Positions 9,099 to 18,339 of a stretch of 64,000 bases of DNA are shown piece after piece (positions within the stretch are counted from its first letter, which is position 1; every line of letters begins with the position of its first letter). Position numbers and translations under genes: made by a program. Origin of the DNA: a virus (taxonomy: Duplodnaviria; Heunggongvirae; Uroviricota; Caudoviricetes); IMG/VR virus record IMGVR_UViG_3300035701_000012. One strand, 5' to 3'. The notes beneath the pieces are model-generated. The model was given only the letters and a program-made list of their open reading frames with translations, had not been told where the DNA came from and did not search any database.

Positions 9099-10055
9099 AT
9101 GAGGGATGAATCACTTCTAAAATTTGAGGAATGGTGGCATTCGAGAAGTCATAAGAGAAAGAGAATCAAGGGTCTCAAACTAAGTGATAAAACTTTGGTA
9201 TGTTATAAAAATATCTTATATAAAATGCCTGATATAGAGGTAACAACAGGCACGAATGTTGATAAAACAATCATGTTCCTGCGGAAATGGTTGGAAGATA
9301 ATGTTGGAGTTGATAAAATATTCAAAACGAATTATCCTCAAATGACTTTCGCATTGAGAACTTATTTGAAAATGTATGAGGATGACCCAGACCCAAAAAT
9401 AAACCGAAAAGCTAAAACGATTCGAGTTCAGATAAAAAATGTATTGACTCAGGATGTGAAAGGCACTCAGAAATTTTTCATATTTAAGGTTCTGTCGAAA
9501 ACTCAGATTAGAAAAATAATAGAATTGATACCGGATGAATTACCGCATAAAATGGATAGAGATATTTTTGTATTGCTACTGTCATTACTTTATGAGACAG
9601 GTTGCAGAATAGATGAGATTTGCAATATTAAGAAATCTGATATAAACTTTGAAGAGAGAAGTATAGATGTGTTCGGTAAGGGTCAGTATTTTAGAAGAGT
9701 CTCCTTTGAATTAGATGTTAAAGATATGCTTCATGAACGATGCGTATTTATTTCTGAAAAGGATTATATTTTTTCTTGGAAAACACAGACTGTTAAAAAT
9801 TATTTCAAAGCAATAATTAGAATTATGTATTCTAAACATAAGAAAGAACTGTGGGAAAATTTCACTAAAATATCACCGCATTGGTTCCGTCATTCGAGAG
9901 CTACACATTTAGCAGTTATTTGGAACGATATAATAAAAATTAAGGATTATATGGGTTGGTCGGACATAAAAATGGCTGAAGTATACATCGAAAATGCCAA
10001 TATACTTCCTGCGGAAATAAGGAAATATCATTCCTTATTGCTTTGGGAAGACTGA
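9099..10055 (+). CDS. tyrosine recombinase / integrase (XerC/D-phage integrase family)
   Basis: box I ...LLYETGCRIDEICNIKKSDI...; box II ...HWFRHSRATHLA...DYMGWSDIKMAEVY... (R, HxxR, Y). Confidence 0.85.
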   Translation: MRDESLLKFEEWWHSRSHKRKRIKGLKLSDKTLVCYKNILYKMPDIEVTTGTNVDKTIMFLRKWLEDNVGVDKIFKTNYPQMTFALRTYLKMYEDDPDPKINRKAKTIRVQIKNVLTQDVKGTQKFFIFKVLSKTQIRKIIELIPDELPHKMDRDIFVLLLSLLYETGCRIDEICNIKKSDINFEERSIDVFGKGQYFRRVSFELDVKDMLHERCVFISEKDYIFSWKTQTVKNYFKAIIRIMYSKHKKELWENFTKISPHWFRHSRATHLAVIWNDIIKIKDYMGWSDIKMAEVYIENANILPAEIRKYHSLLLWED

Positions 10056-10097
10056 AAGTAAATCTTCTTAAGCAAAATCCATTTAAATACTTTATTA

Positions 10098-10112
10098 TTC
10101 TAATTATAGAAT
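10098..10112. promoter_or_regulatory. 15-bp copy (TTCTAATTATAGAAT) of the half-site of the 9016-9043 palindrome, 43 bp downstream of the integrase stop
   Basis: exact match to the palindrome half. Confidence 0.4.
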
Positions 10113-10136
10113 AAGAATTGTTAGGGAGGATTTCAA

Positions 10137-10514
10137 ATGACTAAACCAAAACAGACATTCGATAGGCAACCCGAACCACATAAACAAAAATCATTGGTAG
10201 AGATTGGTGAAGACGTAAAGAAATTCTTTAAAGATGGCATGAGTGACGAACAAATCGCAGAAAAACTTGATTTGGCAGTCAATCATGTCCAAGCTGTAAG
10301 AAGTCTTACAAGCCTTCACAAACGAATACATCATTCGATTTTTGTGAAATCTCTAAAATTGAGAAAAGATGCCAAGAACCGATTCTTCGTGACGTTTTCA
10401 ATACCAAACGACATAGAAGAAAAAATTGGTCTTGAACAGGGCGGAGACTACCAAGTTTTTGCTCATGCTATCGGGAAAGGCAAAATAGAACTTCAGATAA
10501 CTGAAGAAGTTTGA
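10137..10514 (+). CDS. small protein with probable helix-turn-helix segment
   Basis: GMSDEQIAEKLDLAVNHVQAV resembles an HTH. Confidence 0.4.
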   Translation: MTKPKQTFDRQPEPHKQKSLVEIGEDVKKFFKDGMSDEQIAEKLDLAVNHVQAVRSLTSLHKRIHHSIFVKSLKLRKDAKNRFFVTFSIPNDIEEKIGLEQGGDYQVFAHAIGKGKIELQITEEV

Positions 10515-10525
10515 GAGAATAATCT

Positions 10526-11263
10526 TTGATAACTTCTTTTTTTTATTTCTCTCTTAATAATCATGGAGATGATGTTGTGAATAAAACAAGATTGTTGAAG
10601 ATAGAGGACATTGAAATCATGGGAGATTTATATCCAAGAAACACGGTTAATTGGAGAATCGTTTACAAGTATCAGATGGCTATGAAAGCTGGAGCAAAAT
10701 TTCCACCTATAGAGGTTGGTTATTTGAACAAGAAGCCTATTCTTGTTGATGGTCTTCATAGGATTACTGCAAGAAAGCACAACAAAGAGCAATATATCGA
10801 ATCTAAAATCATTGAAATAAAGAATGATGCTGATGTTTTAAAAAAAGCCATCGAAATAAATACCCGGCATGGATTGGCGCTGACTCAGGAGGAAATGGTC
10901 AAAGCAGTCCTCACTTTGAGGGATTTGAAATATTCCAATGAAGAAATTTCTCACATCATTTCAGTGCCTTTGGAAAAACTTGAGACTTATGTGAATGATA
11001 GGTTGATGTTGGCATCAGATACGAATAGCAAATTGGTTTTGAAAAAACCACTGAAGCGATTTTCGGAGATGTCTGTAGATGATAAAACACTCAAAAAGAT
11101 GGAGCATGACCAAGAAAGGATGGCTACAGGGCAGACTCAGGAAAAGATGATTGATGATTTTTTGTTGATGCTCGAAAACAATTATTTTGATATGGACAAT
11201 GAAAAAGTTAAAAAGAAACTTTTTCAAATTTATGATTTGTTGTTTACGTTGAAAAAAAGATAA
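10526..11263 (+). CDS. ParB/sulfiredoxin-like nuclease-domain protein (true start may be internal)
   Basis: KFPPIEVGYLNKKPILVDGLHRITARK resembles the ParB N-terminal domain DGHHR box. Confidence 0.5.
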   Translation: MITSFFYFSLNNHGDDVVNKTRLLKIEDIEIMGDLYPRNTVNWRIVYKYQMAMKAGAKFPPIEVGYLNKKPILVDGLHRITARKHNKEQYIESKIIEIKNDADVLKKAIEINTRHGLALTQEEMVKAVLTLRDLKYSNEEISHIISVPLEKLETYVNDRLMLASDTNSKLVLKKPLKRFSEMSVDDKTLKKMEHDQERMATGQTQEKMIDDFLLMLENNYFDMDNEKVKKKLFQIYDLLFTLKKR

Positions 11264-11557
11264 TAATTAAGGTTGGGTTCGATGCGGTTAGCTAAGGTCG
11301 GATGCGGTCAGGCACGGTTCGTTGAGTTAAGGTTTGATGAGGTAGGGAATCATATTTCCGTAAACAATATCGCATCACAATTACATGGCGGTAGTTTGTT
11401 TAACTACACTATAACTGATGGTCTGAGATGCGTGTCATGTGCATCCTCAAGACTATTGTTTCCCCAAGAATGCGAATTGGCGGAATAATAATGGCGAGGT
11501 TTTATTAGGTTCGGTGCGTTGGGGTTAGGAGAGTTTGGGTAAGGCAGGGAAATCATA

Positions 11558-11719
11558 ATGACAATGTTACAAACCATCGGTCTGATAATTTTCGGATTCG
11601 GGATAGTGATAGCGAATGTCAATTTGACAAAAAAAAGAAATAAATTTACGAGTTACATAACAGCTGTAGCAGGGTTCATGATAGGATTTGGAGCAGGGTT
11701 GTTTGCGAATAATTTATGA
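11558..11719 (+). CDS. possible 53-aa two-TM micro-protein inside the repeat region
   Basis: ATG directly after a box copy; hydrophobic GLIIFGFGIVIA / AVAGFMIGFGAGLFA segments. Confidence 0.3.
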   Translation: MTMLQTIGLIIFGFGIVIANVNLTKKRNKFTSYITAVAGFMIGFGAGLFANNL

Positions 11720-11905
11720 TTTTATATTGATTTCAGGTTATGGTTTGGTAGATTGAGTTGAGTTGGGGCGAGATAGCGTTTGGTTAGGTATGGCAGGGAA
11801 TTAATTCATACTTTCGAGGTTGGATGGGATTAGGTTTGATGGGGTTTGGTCTGTCAGGACATGGTTGTGCGTGGTAAGGCAAGGTTCATATTGAGGTGAG
11901 ATGAA

Positions 11906-12493
11906 ATGAGACAAATAACAGTGCAATTAACAGGAGCAAGTCCATTGCTTATGCACTCTATTAGCCTTCAAACTATGGAACAGATGATGAAGAAAGTAAA
12001 GAAAGGCGGAACAGGTTCGATTCCATCACCTGAAGACGAAGCCGAACAAGGTGCTTACAGGATGAAAAGCGGAGAGCTTTGCATTCCTGCGAGATGTATC
12101 AAAGCCTGTTTGGTCAACGCTTCAACATGGTATAAAATGGGAAAGAAATCTGCGAAGCAATTCATAGCAGGAAGCGTAACGATAGAGCCATACGAAGTCG
12201 GACTTGGAACAAAAAAGTATGAGATAGATTTGCGAACCGTTGTGATTCAAGGAAAAAGCAGAATAGTTCGAGCAAGACCGAGACTTGATAACTGGTCTGT
12301 GACTTTCAATATCATATACAATGATAAAGTCATGGAATCCGAAATCATAAAACAAATCATGGAAGAAGCTGGTTATCGGATTGGATTGCTTGATAACCGA
12401 CCACAGCGTGGTGGAGAATGCGGTTGCTTCAAGGTAACAGGATGGAAAGAAACTGAAGTAAAACCTATTCCAATTTCAAGAACGAGAGCATAG
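11906..12493 (+). CDS. hypothetical protein
   Basis: 195-aa ORF immediately downstream of a box copy; no recognisable family. Confidence 0.5.
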   Translation: MRQITVQLTGASPLLMHSISLQTMEQMMKKVKKGGTGSIPSPEDEAEQGAYRMKSGELCIPARCIKACLVNASTWYKMGKKSAKQFIAGSVTIEPYEVGLGTKKYEIDLRTVVIQGKSRIVRARPRLDNWSVTFNIIYNDKVMESEIIKQIMEEAGYRIGLLDNRPQRGGECGCFKVTGWKETEVKPIPISRTRA

Positions 12494-13407
12494 AAACGGT
12501 GAAAATCCGTTCTATGTTATTATGGTAGGTTGCGGTGAGTTACGGTGGAGTGGGACAAGGCAGGATGTGGTTTGGTTTGTTAAGGTAAGGTTCGATAGGG
12601 CGGGAAATTTTATAATCATATTTTCGGTATGGCTCGGTTTGATAGGATTGGGTGTGATTAGGTTTGGTATGGTGTAGTATGGTGTAGTATGGTTGGTTCA
12701 TGGCAAGGCAAGGAATAATATTTCATAATATCATGGCTCGGTTGGTCGTGTTGCGGTTTGGTGAGATTTGGTCTGGTATCAGCATGGTTGGGCATGATAT
12801 GTTTTGGTTTGGTCGGGTGAGGTAATTTTATTTTTATATTTCTGGTTCGGTGAGTTGGGAGTGCGGTTCGGTGGGGTAAGGTTGGATAAGATGAGGTAGG
12901 GTTATAATCATATTTGTGGTGTGATGGGTTACGGCACGGCACGATATGGTCTGGTTCGGTTTGGCAAGGCAAGGAAACTTTATACTTACGGTTCGGTTCG
13001 GTGTGTCAGGTCAGGTCTCGGTTCGGTGGGGCAGATTTTGGTAAGGTAAGGTGGGGAATTATTTTATATTTGGGGTATGGTTCGGTAAGATGAGATGAGC
13101 AGTGGTGAGATGCGTTTTGGTTTGGCGAGGTGGGGAAAGTTTATTTTATATTCGTGGTATGGTTCGATGGGGTCATTTGGGGTGTGGCGAGTCCGGGTTG
13201 TGTGAGATGAGGTAAGGAAATTATATTTCATATTTATGGTTAGGTGCGGTTAAATGGGATTTGGTGAGGTTTGTTTGGTTTAGGTGGTGTCTGGTGAGAT
13301 TTGGCAGGGAAATTATTTTCATATTTGCGGTATGGTAGTTTGGGTTGGGGCACGGTGCGGTTTGAGTCCGCTACGGTTGGGTAGGGCAAGGAAATTTCAT
13401 ATTCGAG

Positions 13408-13716
13408 GTGATTATAACAGAAGCATGGTATAAACAGAAAGAATGGAAACAACAGTTGAAGGACTTGAAATTTGCAGAGCATAAAAGAAGAGAACTTGAA
13501 AAAAGAATAAGGAAGAAAGAACGAGAGTTACAACGAAAAGAAGAAAAAAGCGGAGACTGTGAATCGTGTGGTAAGTTTTTCACGAATCTTACAGAGCATC
13601 ATACAACGATGCGAAAATGCAATCAGGAAGTTCAGATGATATGCAGAAAATGTCATCGTGAACATAATATGAAAAATCCAAAGCATCCGTGGGGTATAAT
13701 TCCAAAGAAATATTAA
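13408..13716 (+). CDS. small HNH-type endonuclease / zinc-finger protein
   Basis: CESCGKFF...LTEHH...N...CRKCHREHN fits an HNH beta-beta-alpha-Me signature. Confidence 0.5.
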   Translation: MIITEAWYKQKEWKQQLKDLKFAEHKRRELEKRIRKKERELQRKEEKSGDCESCGKFFTNLTEHHTTMRKCNQEVQMICRKCHREHNMKNPKHPWGIIPKKY

Positions 13717-13861
13717 TTTCATATTCATGGTATGGTGAGTTAGGGTCTGGTCAGATGGGACACGGCTTGGTAGGATGAGTTCGGGTGAATTAAGGTGTGT
13801 TATGGTCGGTTGGGTTATGGCATGATAGGGTAAGGAAATTGAAATAGTATTTGGTGATTCA

Positions 13862-14278
13862 ATGTCGATAGAAATGTTTGAAGGAAAAAAAGGGTCGGAA
13901 GATTTTGAGAAGAAGCTATCAAAAGTGATAAAAGACAAAAAGGAAGCAGAGAAAATATCAAAATTGCTGGAAAATGTTATGATGAGAGATAGAGAATCAC
14001 TTGATAGAATAACAAGAGATATTTTGGATTCTGATTTGAAGAGATATGGCGATAAATTATGCACTCTCAGTTCTGCGATAGCTAATGAGATGCTTGTAAG
14101 ATTGGTTATACTGAGAAAGTTGGATATAGCTTTTCATAGAGATGCAACTGTTGATGTTATCATGCCGGAATTGATAAATACTTCAAAAAAGATTGCAGAT
14201 GCAGAAAAAAATGAATTCCAAAAAATATTAGATGCGTTTCAAAAGAAAACCATTGATGACACGAATTATATTGGTTGA
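13862..14278 (+). CDS. hypothetical helical protein
   Basis: ORF following a box copy. Confidence 0.45.
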   Translation: MSIEMFEGKKGSEDFEKKLSKVIKDKKEAEKISKLLENVMMRDRESLDRITRDILDSDLKRYGDKLCTLSSAIANEMLVRLVILRKLDIAFHRDATVDVIMPELINTSKKIADAEKNEFQKILDAFQKKTIDDTNYIG

Positions 14279-14547
14279 GGCGAGATATGCTCCGTTCAGT
14301 TATGGCAAGGTGTGATAAGATTTGGTAAGGTAGGGAAATAATAATTTCATAATTTCGGCATGGTTCGTTTTGGTGCGTTGAGGTAGGGTTGGCTACAGTT
14401 AGGCGTGGTGCGTTGGGTTATGATTTGGTCTGGTCGGGTAGGGCAAGGAATTATAATCATATTAGGTATGTTGAGTCACGCTGAGTTGGGTTTCGGTTTG
14501 GCGAGGCAAGGTTCATTTTTGCGAGGATAGCCAAGACTGGTCGAATA

Positions 14548-15006
14548 TTGAGAGATGAAGAAAAAATGAAAACTAAATGGTCTGAAACAATAAGTAATGG
14601 GATTAAAAAGAAAATGGAGAATGACCCAGTTTTTAAAAAACAATGGATTGAAAAATGTAAATTAGGTCGAAAGAGACAACAGGAAATATATGGTTGTCTA
14701 TTGACTTTTGAAGATAGAAGTAAAGGTGGAAAAATAGGATGGAAAAAAAGCAATACTGCACTAATGGAAGGCGCAAAAAATTCAAGAAAATATGAAAATG
14801 CAGTAGCCGAAAACATAAAGACAGATTATGAATTTTTTTTGCATGGATATTCCATTTGTGATAGAGTTGGATTTAAAAACGGCACCATTTACTTCATTGA
14901 AATAAAAAGAAAAAATCGTAAACAAAATCCCAGACAAAAAATGTTTCAAGAATTGGTTCAGAAAGCTAAAAAATTCAAATATGTTATCGTTCATGACTCT
15001 CAATAG
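14548..15006 (+). CDS. hypothetical protein, possible PD-(D/E)xK nuclease fold
   Basis: ICDRVG...IYFIEIKRK resembles D...(E)xK. Confidence 0.4.
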   Translation: MRDEEKMKTKWSETISNGIKKKMENDPVFKKQWIEKCKLGRKRQQEIYGCLLTFEDRSKGGKIGWKKSNTALMEGAKNSRKYENAVAENIKTDYEFFLHGYSICDRVGFKNGTIYFIEIKRKNRKQNPRQKMFQELVQKAKKFKYVIVHDSQ

Positions 15007-15074
15007 ACTAAAGGCGCAAGGCTTAGGTGCGAAGCTTAAGGGCGATGCTCAAGAGTGATTAGGAAACCTTGTTG

Positions 15075-15118
15075 GGTTAGTCCCTCATCGTCAGTTCAAA
15101 TCTGACTCCTCGCATAAG
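15075..15118 (+). other. tRNA 3'-half-like fragment (anticodon-stem 3' strand, variable region, T-arm GTCAG-TTCAAAT-CTGAC, acceptor 3' strand TCCTCGC, then A) with no matching 5' half
   Basis: a canonical T-arm plus 7-nt acceptor strand are readable; the complementary GCGAGGA is absent upstream. Confidence 0.45.
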
Positions 15119-15195
15119 GTGGAGTTTGGCTTGTTGCGGTGAGGTAGTTGTGGGTTTTGTTTTGGCTGGGTAAGATGCGGTGAGGTGGGGTTGAT

Positions 15196-15591
15196 ATGCC
15201 ATCAAAAACAAAAGTGCAATGGTATGACAAAGATGGAAAACCGATAGATATGTTTGAAGCAGACAAGAAATTGCGAGATGGAGAATACAAGATAATCTTG
15301 AGAACCATCATAAAAGATAAAATGGTATCAACAATCTGGTTGGGATTAGACCACTCTTTTACCGGTTCAAGACCTATGATTTTTGAAGTAATGGTTTTCA
15401 AATGCAAAGAACTTGTTCCAAAAAAGAAAAGAAATGTTAATCAAGGAAAAAAAGATAAATTCAAAGTAAATCAAAGATTTGAAGTAGATTTTTCAAAAGA
15501 ATATTATTCAGAAAGATATTCAACTCAGGCAGAAGCAATTGAAGGTCATTTGAGTATTGTCAAAAGAATCATGGTGGGTGAGATAATATGA
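15196..15591 (+). CDS. hypothetical protein
   Basis: ORF after a box copy. Confidence 0.45.
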   Translation: MPSKTKVQWYDKDGKPIDMFEADKKLRDGEYKIILRTIIKDKMVSTIWLGLDHSFTGSRPMIFEVMVFKCKELVPKKKRNVNQGKKDKFKVNQRFEVDFSKEYYSERYSTQAEAIEGHLSIVKRIMVGEII

Positions 15592-15731
15592 CAGAAATAA
15601 AACGATGCACAGGTGCTTGTGTGTATTTTATAATTGGTAATGAGGATGTCATTGCCTGTGGAGTTTGTGGAAGAATCAAAGCCATCCGAGAAAGTGAACA
15701 TGGACAACGTGGCTGGAAGATTTTAATTTGA
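15588..15731 (+). CDS. 47-aa zinc-ribbon micro-protein (not in ORF track)
   Basis: ATGA overlap with upstream stop; CTGAC...CGVCG. Confidence 0.35.
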   Translation: MTEIKRCTGACVYFIIGNEDVIACGVCGRIKAIRESEHGQRGWKILI

Positions 15732-16071
15732 TATTTTTGGTTGGGCAGAATTCGGTTCGGCAAGGTTCGATGGGGTTAGGTTAGTTTAGATATGGTATGG
15801 TTAGGTAGGGAATTTTTATTTTCATATTTATGGCTGGATAGGGTTGGGCATGACCTGATGCGGTGAGGTTTGGTGTAGTAGGTCTTGGTAAGGTAAGGAA
15901 ATTTTGTTTTCATATTCGAGGCACGATGGGGCATGGCAGGGTATGATTCGGTTCGGTATGATATGATAAGGTTTGTCAGTGTGTGGTAAGGCAAGGTAAG
16001 GATTTTTATGCCGTTATGCAATTGTGATGTTGAAAGGAGAACAATCAAAATAAACACTGAATGTTACTATA

Positions 16072-16398
16072 GTGTTTGCACACAGTGTGGAAAAAAAGTC
16101 AAAGTATATACAGGTGGTAAAGTTGAAAATCAGATTAAGAATCGAAAAAGGTAAAAAAATCATTGAAATTCCATTCACAGATAATGAAATTCGAGACCTT
16201 TATGAAGTAGGATATATTCCGAGCTTTGAGAACATTAAAGACAACAAACTGAAGGATTTTCCTTCTGCTCATCATAAATTGACGTTTATTGTTCATGATA
16301 TTTTGGATAATGGTGGGGTTTGGATACCTGACAAGAATGGAAAATACAGATTAAAGTATGGTCAATGGCTTGTAAAGAAGCCGAGATGGAAACAGTGA
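16072..16398 (+). CDS. hypothetical protein
   Basis: ORF following the last box copies; CYYSVCTQCGK. Confidence 0.45.
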   Translation: MFAHSVEKKSKYIQVVKLKIRLRIEKGKKIIEIPFTDNEIRDLYEVGYIPSFENIKDNKLKDFPSAHHKLTFIVHDILDNGGVWIPDKNGKYRLKYGQWLVKKPRWKQ

Positions 16399-16433
16399 TT
16401 TAAATATTTATACTTTTAATTATGTAATAAGAG

Positions 16434-16679
16434 TTGATAACTATGGCAGGAAGACCAACAAAAGATTCGATAGAAGTAGAAAAAAAGATTTTGCAGATTC
16501 TCAGTGATGGAAAATGGCGCAATACATACGAATTACATTTTCGGGTTTTCAACATTTCTGAGTTCAACATAAAAAAATATAATCAAATCAGGTATATTCT
16601 CAGAAATTCTCTCGCTAATAAAATTGAGAAAAAGGAAAGTGAAAAAGGTAGCAAAGATTTCTATAGATTGAAGCGGTGA
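16434..16679 (+). CDS. small protein, possible winged-helix DNA binding
   Basis: ORF; weak HTH-like segment. Confidence 0.35.
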   Translation: MITMAGRPTKDSIEVEKKILQILSDGKWRNTYELHFRVFNISEFNIKKYNQIRYILRNSLANKIEKKESEKGSKDFYRLKR

Positions 16680-16832
16680 ATCAATGAAAGACAAAAGATG
16701 CGACTGCAATTGTGGAAGCATATATGGTCAATGCAATCATCCGGCAAAATATGTGGTTTATTATTGTGGGATTTGTTTGCCTGACCAATTTTTGAAAAAG
16801 GAGAAAAAGTTCAAAATAAATGTTGCTGGAAG

Positions 16833-17150
16833 GTGATTGGTATGTGCTGGACAGCTCAATTGTTAGAAATCTATCAAAAAAGAGATGGTAAAAATGGAAA
16901 AACAAAAAATATGACAAAAAATAAATTGTTTTTGATTAATGTCAATGTCAATAAAAAGCAAATAGAAACACACTGTTATGGGGATAATTGTGGCAAAGGA
17001 TGTATAGGATGTGTCATATTTCATGATGTTGAATGGCTTCCATGCAGAGAAATGGAATGCCCAATCAGTGATGCTGTATTGAATATAGGTGAGACAGAAC
17101 TATTTGGAAAAAATGAATTTATAGTTGTAAGAAAATTGAAGGTGAAATAA
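16833..17150 (+). CDS. Cys-rich hypothetical protein
   Basis: CYGDNCGKGCIGC...C...C. Confidence 0.4.
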   Translation: MIGMCWTAQLLEIYQKRDGKNGKTKNMTKNKLFLINVNVNKKQIETHCYGDNCGKGCIGCVIFHDVEWLPCREMECPISDAVLNIGETELFGKNEFIVVRKLKVK

Positions 17151-17333
17151 ATGAAACCAAAAGGAAGAACTTTTCATGTTAAAATATTAGGATATGGTCT
17201 GAGTCAAGACCGAGTAGGATTATTGGCTTTTATTCCAATCAGAAATAAAAGAATTGATTATTTTCATATCCATTCGGATGAAATGACTATAGAACAAAAA
17301 AAACTTCATAAAATATTATTAAAAATGGGATGA
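17151..17333 (+). CDS. hypothetical protein
   Basis: ORF, tight spacing. Confidence 0.35.
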   Translation: MKPKGRTFHVKILGYGLSQDRVGLLAFIPIRNKRIDYFHIHSDEMTIEQKKLHKILLKMG

Positions 17334-17336
17334 AAA

Positions 17337-17543
17337 ATGAAACCTGCAAAAATTCAGTGGTTTGAAAGAACAGATGAGTTTATCTTAGATAGAGAAACAT
17401 TGGCGGCAATCATGGATTTTTTGGATGGAATATCGTTGAGACATTCACAAGATTTGCCTCTTGGTTGGAAGGAATTTGATTCAAAAATTAGAATGCCGAT
17501 AAACAAGCTCATGACATCGTATGACATTAAAAAACGAAAATGA
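17337..17543 (+). CDS. hypothetical protein
   Basis: ORF, tight spacing. Confidence 0.35.
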   Translation: MKPAKIQWFERTDEFILDRETLAAIMDFLDGISLRHSQDLPLGWKEFDSKIRMPINKLMTSYDIKKRK

Positions 17544-17552
17544 TGTGAATAA

Positions 17553-17729
17553 ATGACCGATTTAAGATATTGGTGTCCGCAGTGTGGGAGTAAAAATACA
17601 CAATTGATAGTTACCGAAATCGGAAAGAATGGTGAGTCATTGAAAAGTATATTGTCATGCCATGATTGTAGAAGTTCAATGGGATTCATAGAACTAAAAT
17701 TGGGGTATATTTATGAAAAAAAAATCTGA
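17553..17729 (+). CDS. 58-aa zinc-ribbon protein (not in ORF track)
   Basis: CPQCGSK...CHDCRSS. Confidence 0.4.
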   Translation: MTDLRYWCPQCGSKNTQLIVTEIGKNGESLKSILSCHDCRSSMGFIELKLGYIYEKKI

Positions 17730-17970
17730 AGATATTGTTGCAGAATATATCGTATGTGATTTGAGGAAAATGTCCTCAAGAAAAATAGTGGAATCTATTA
17801 TTCGAGCTACTGATAAAAATGATACATACATTGACCCGATAACATTTCATCCAATTTTTGTTAGGATGATGTCAGATTATATCAGGCAAATGAGAAATGC
17901 AGATTTGCTTTTGGTTGATAAAAAAACAGGAAGAACCCATTTCGGAAAGGTGATTGATAGTGAAAAATAA
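17713..17970 (+). CDS. hypothetical protein
   Basis: ORF. Confidence 0.4.
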   Translation: MKKKSEDIVAEYIVCDLRKMSSRKIVESIIRATDKNDTYIDPITFHPIFVRMMSDYIRQMRNADLLLVDKKTGRTHFGKVIDSEK

Positions 17971-18217
17971 ACCCAGATATTGTGACCTTTGTGAAAGCAC
18001 AAAGTGTAATATGAAATTACATAAAAGTCTTGAGAAAGGAATGAAAGATTGTAAAGAAGGCAGGACATATATCTATTCTTGCCGCCATGTGAAAAAAGGA
18101 AAGATGAAAGGAATTACTTGGATATGCTGGGATTGTCATACGGAAGATTGTAAAAAATGGTATTTGTTGGGTCGAAAAGATGAAAGAAAAAAACTCAAGA
18201 AGGCGAAATCGAAATGA
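17954..18217 (+). CDS. Cys-rich basic protein
   Basis: CDLCEST...C...C...CWDCH. Confidence 0.4.
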   Translation: MIVKNKPRYCDLCESTKCNMKLHKSLEKGMKDCKEGRTYIYSCRHVKKGKMKGITWICWDCHTEDCKKWYLLGRKDERKKLKKAKSK

Positions 18218-18339
18218 AATCAAAATGTTGCGATGACGAACTTATCATGGATGTTAGTGGAGCATTGGGTTATATTAGCACAAAATATGTTTGCAGGAAA
18301 TGTAAAAAGGAATATTCACCGAATCAGGTGTGATTTGAT

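Larger units (their letters stand above)
11270..16070. repeat. array of about 22 degenerate ~30-35 bp BRE/TATA-like boxes (approx. GGTAAGGCAAGGAAATTTTATATTTCATATTT), separated by 50-90 bp G+T-rich GGTT(Y)GG spacers and interleaved with six genes
   Basis: copies read at ~11335, 11545, 11795, 11873, 12590, 12700, 12815, 12890, 12965, 13045, 13125, 13205, 13300, 13380, 13830, 14320, 14440, 14500, 15805, 15885, 15990. Confidence 0.7.

Noticed and set aside
11906-12493. Cas6-like RAMP protein next to the repeat array (Gly-rich GGECGCF segment)
   Set aside because: The Gly-rich loop does not fit the GhGxxxxxGhG pattern and no RRM-like N-terminal signature is evident; similarity is superficial.
11273-13583. 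Track ORFs inside the GT-rich array (11273-11488 +, 11404-11622 -, 12658-12972 -, 13240-13482 -, 13371-13583 -)
   Set aside because: Low-complexity G/W/V-rich or P/T/H-rich translations of the repeat units with no RBS logic; artefacts of repetitive sequence.
15007-15130. Complete tRNA gene at 15044-15118
   Set aside because: Only the 3' half folds; no complementary 5' acceptor strand (GCGAGGA) or D-arm is present, so it is reported as a fragment or att candidate.
11270-16070. CRISPR array explanation for the repeated boxes
   Set aside because: Repeats are degenerate (70-85% similar), spacers are not unique but built from the same GGTT(Y)GG material, unit lengths vary, full-length genes are embedded, and no cas genes are present.
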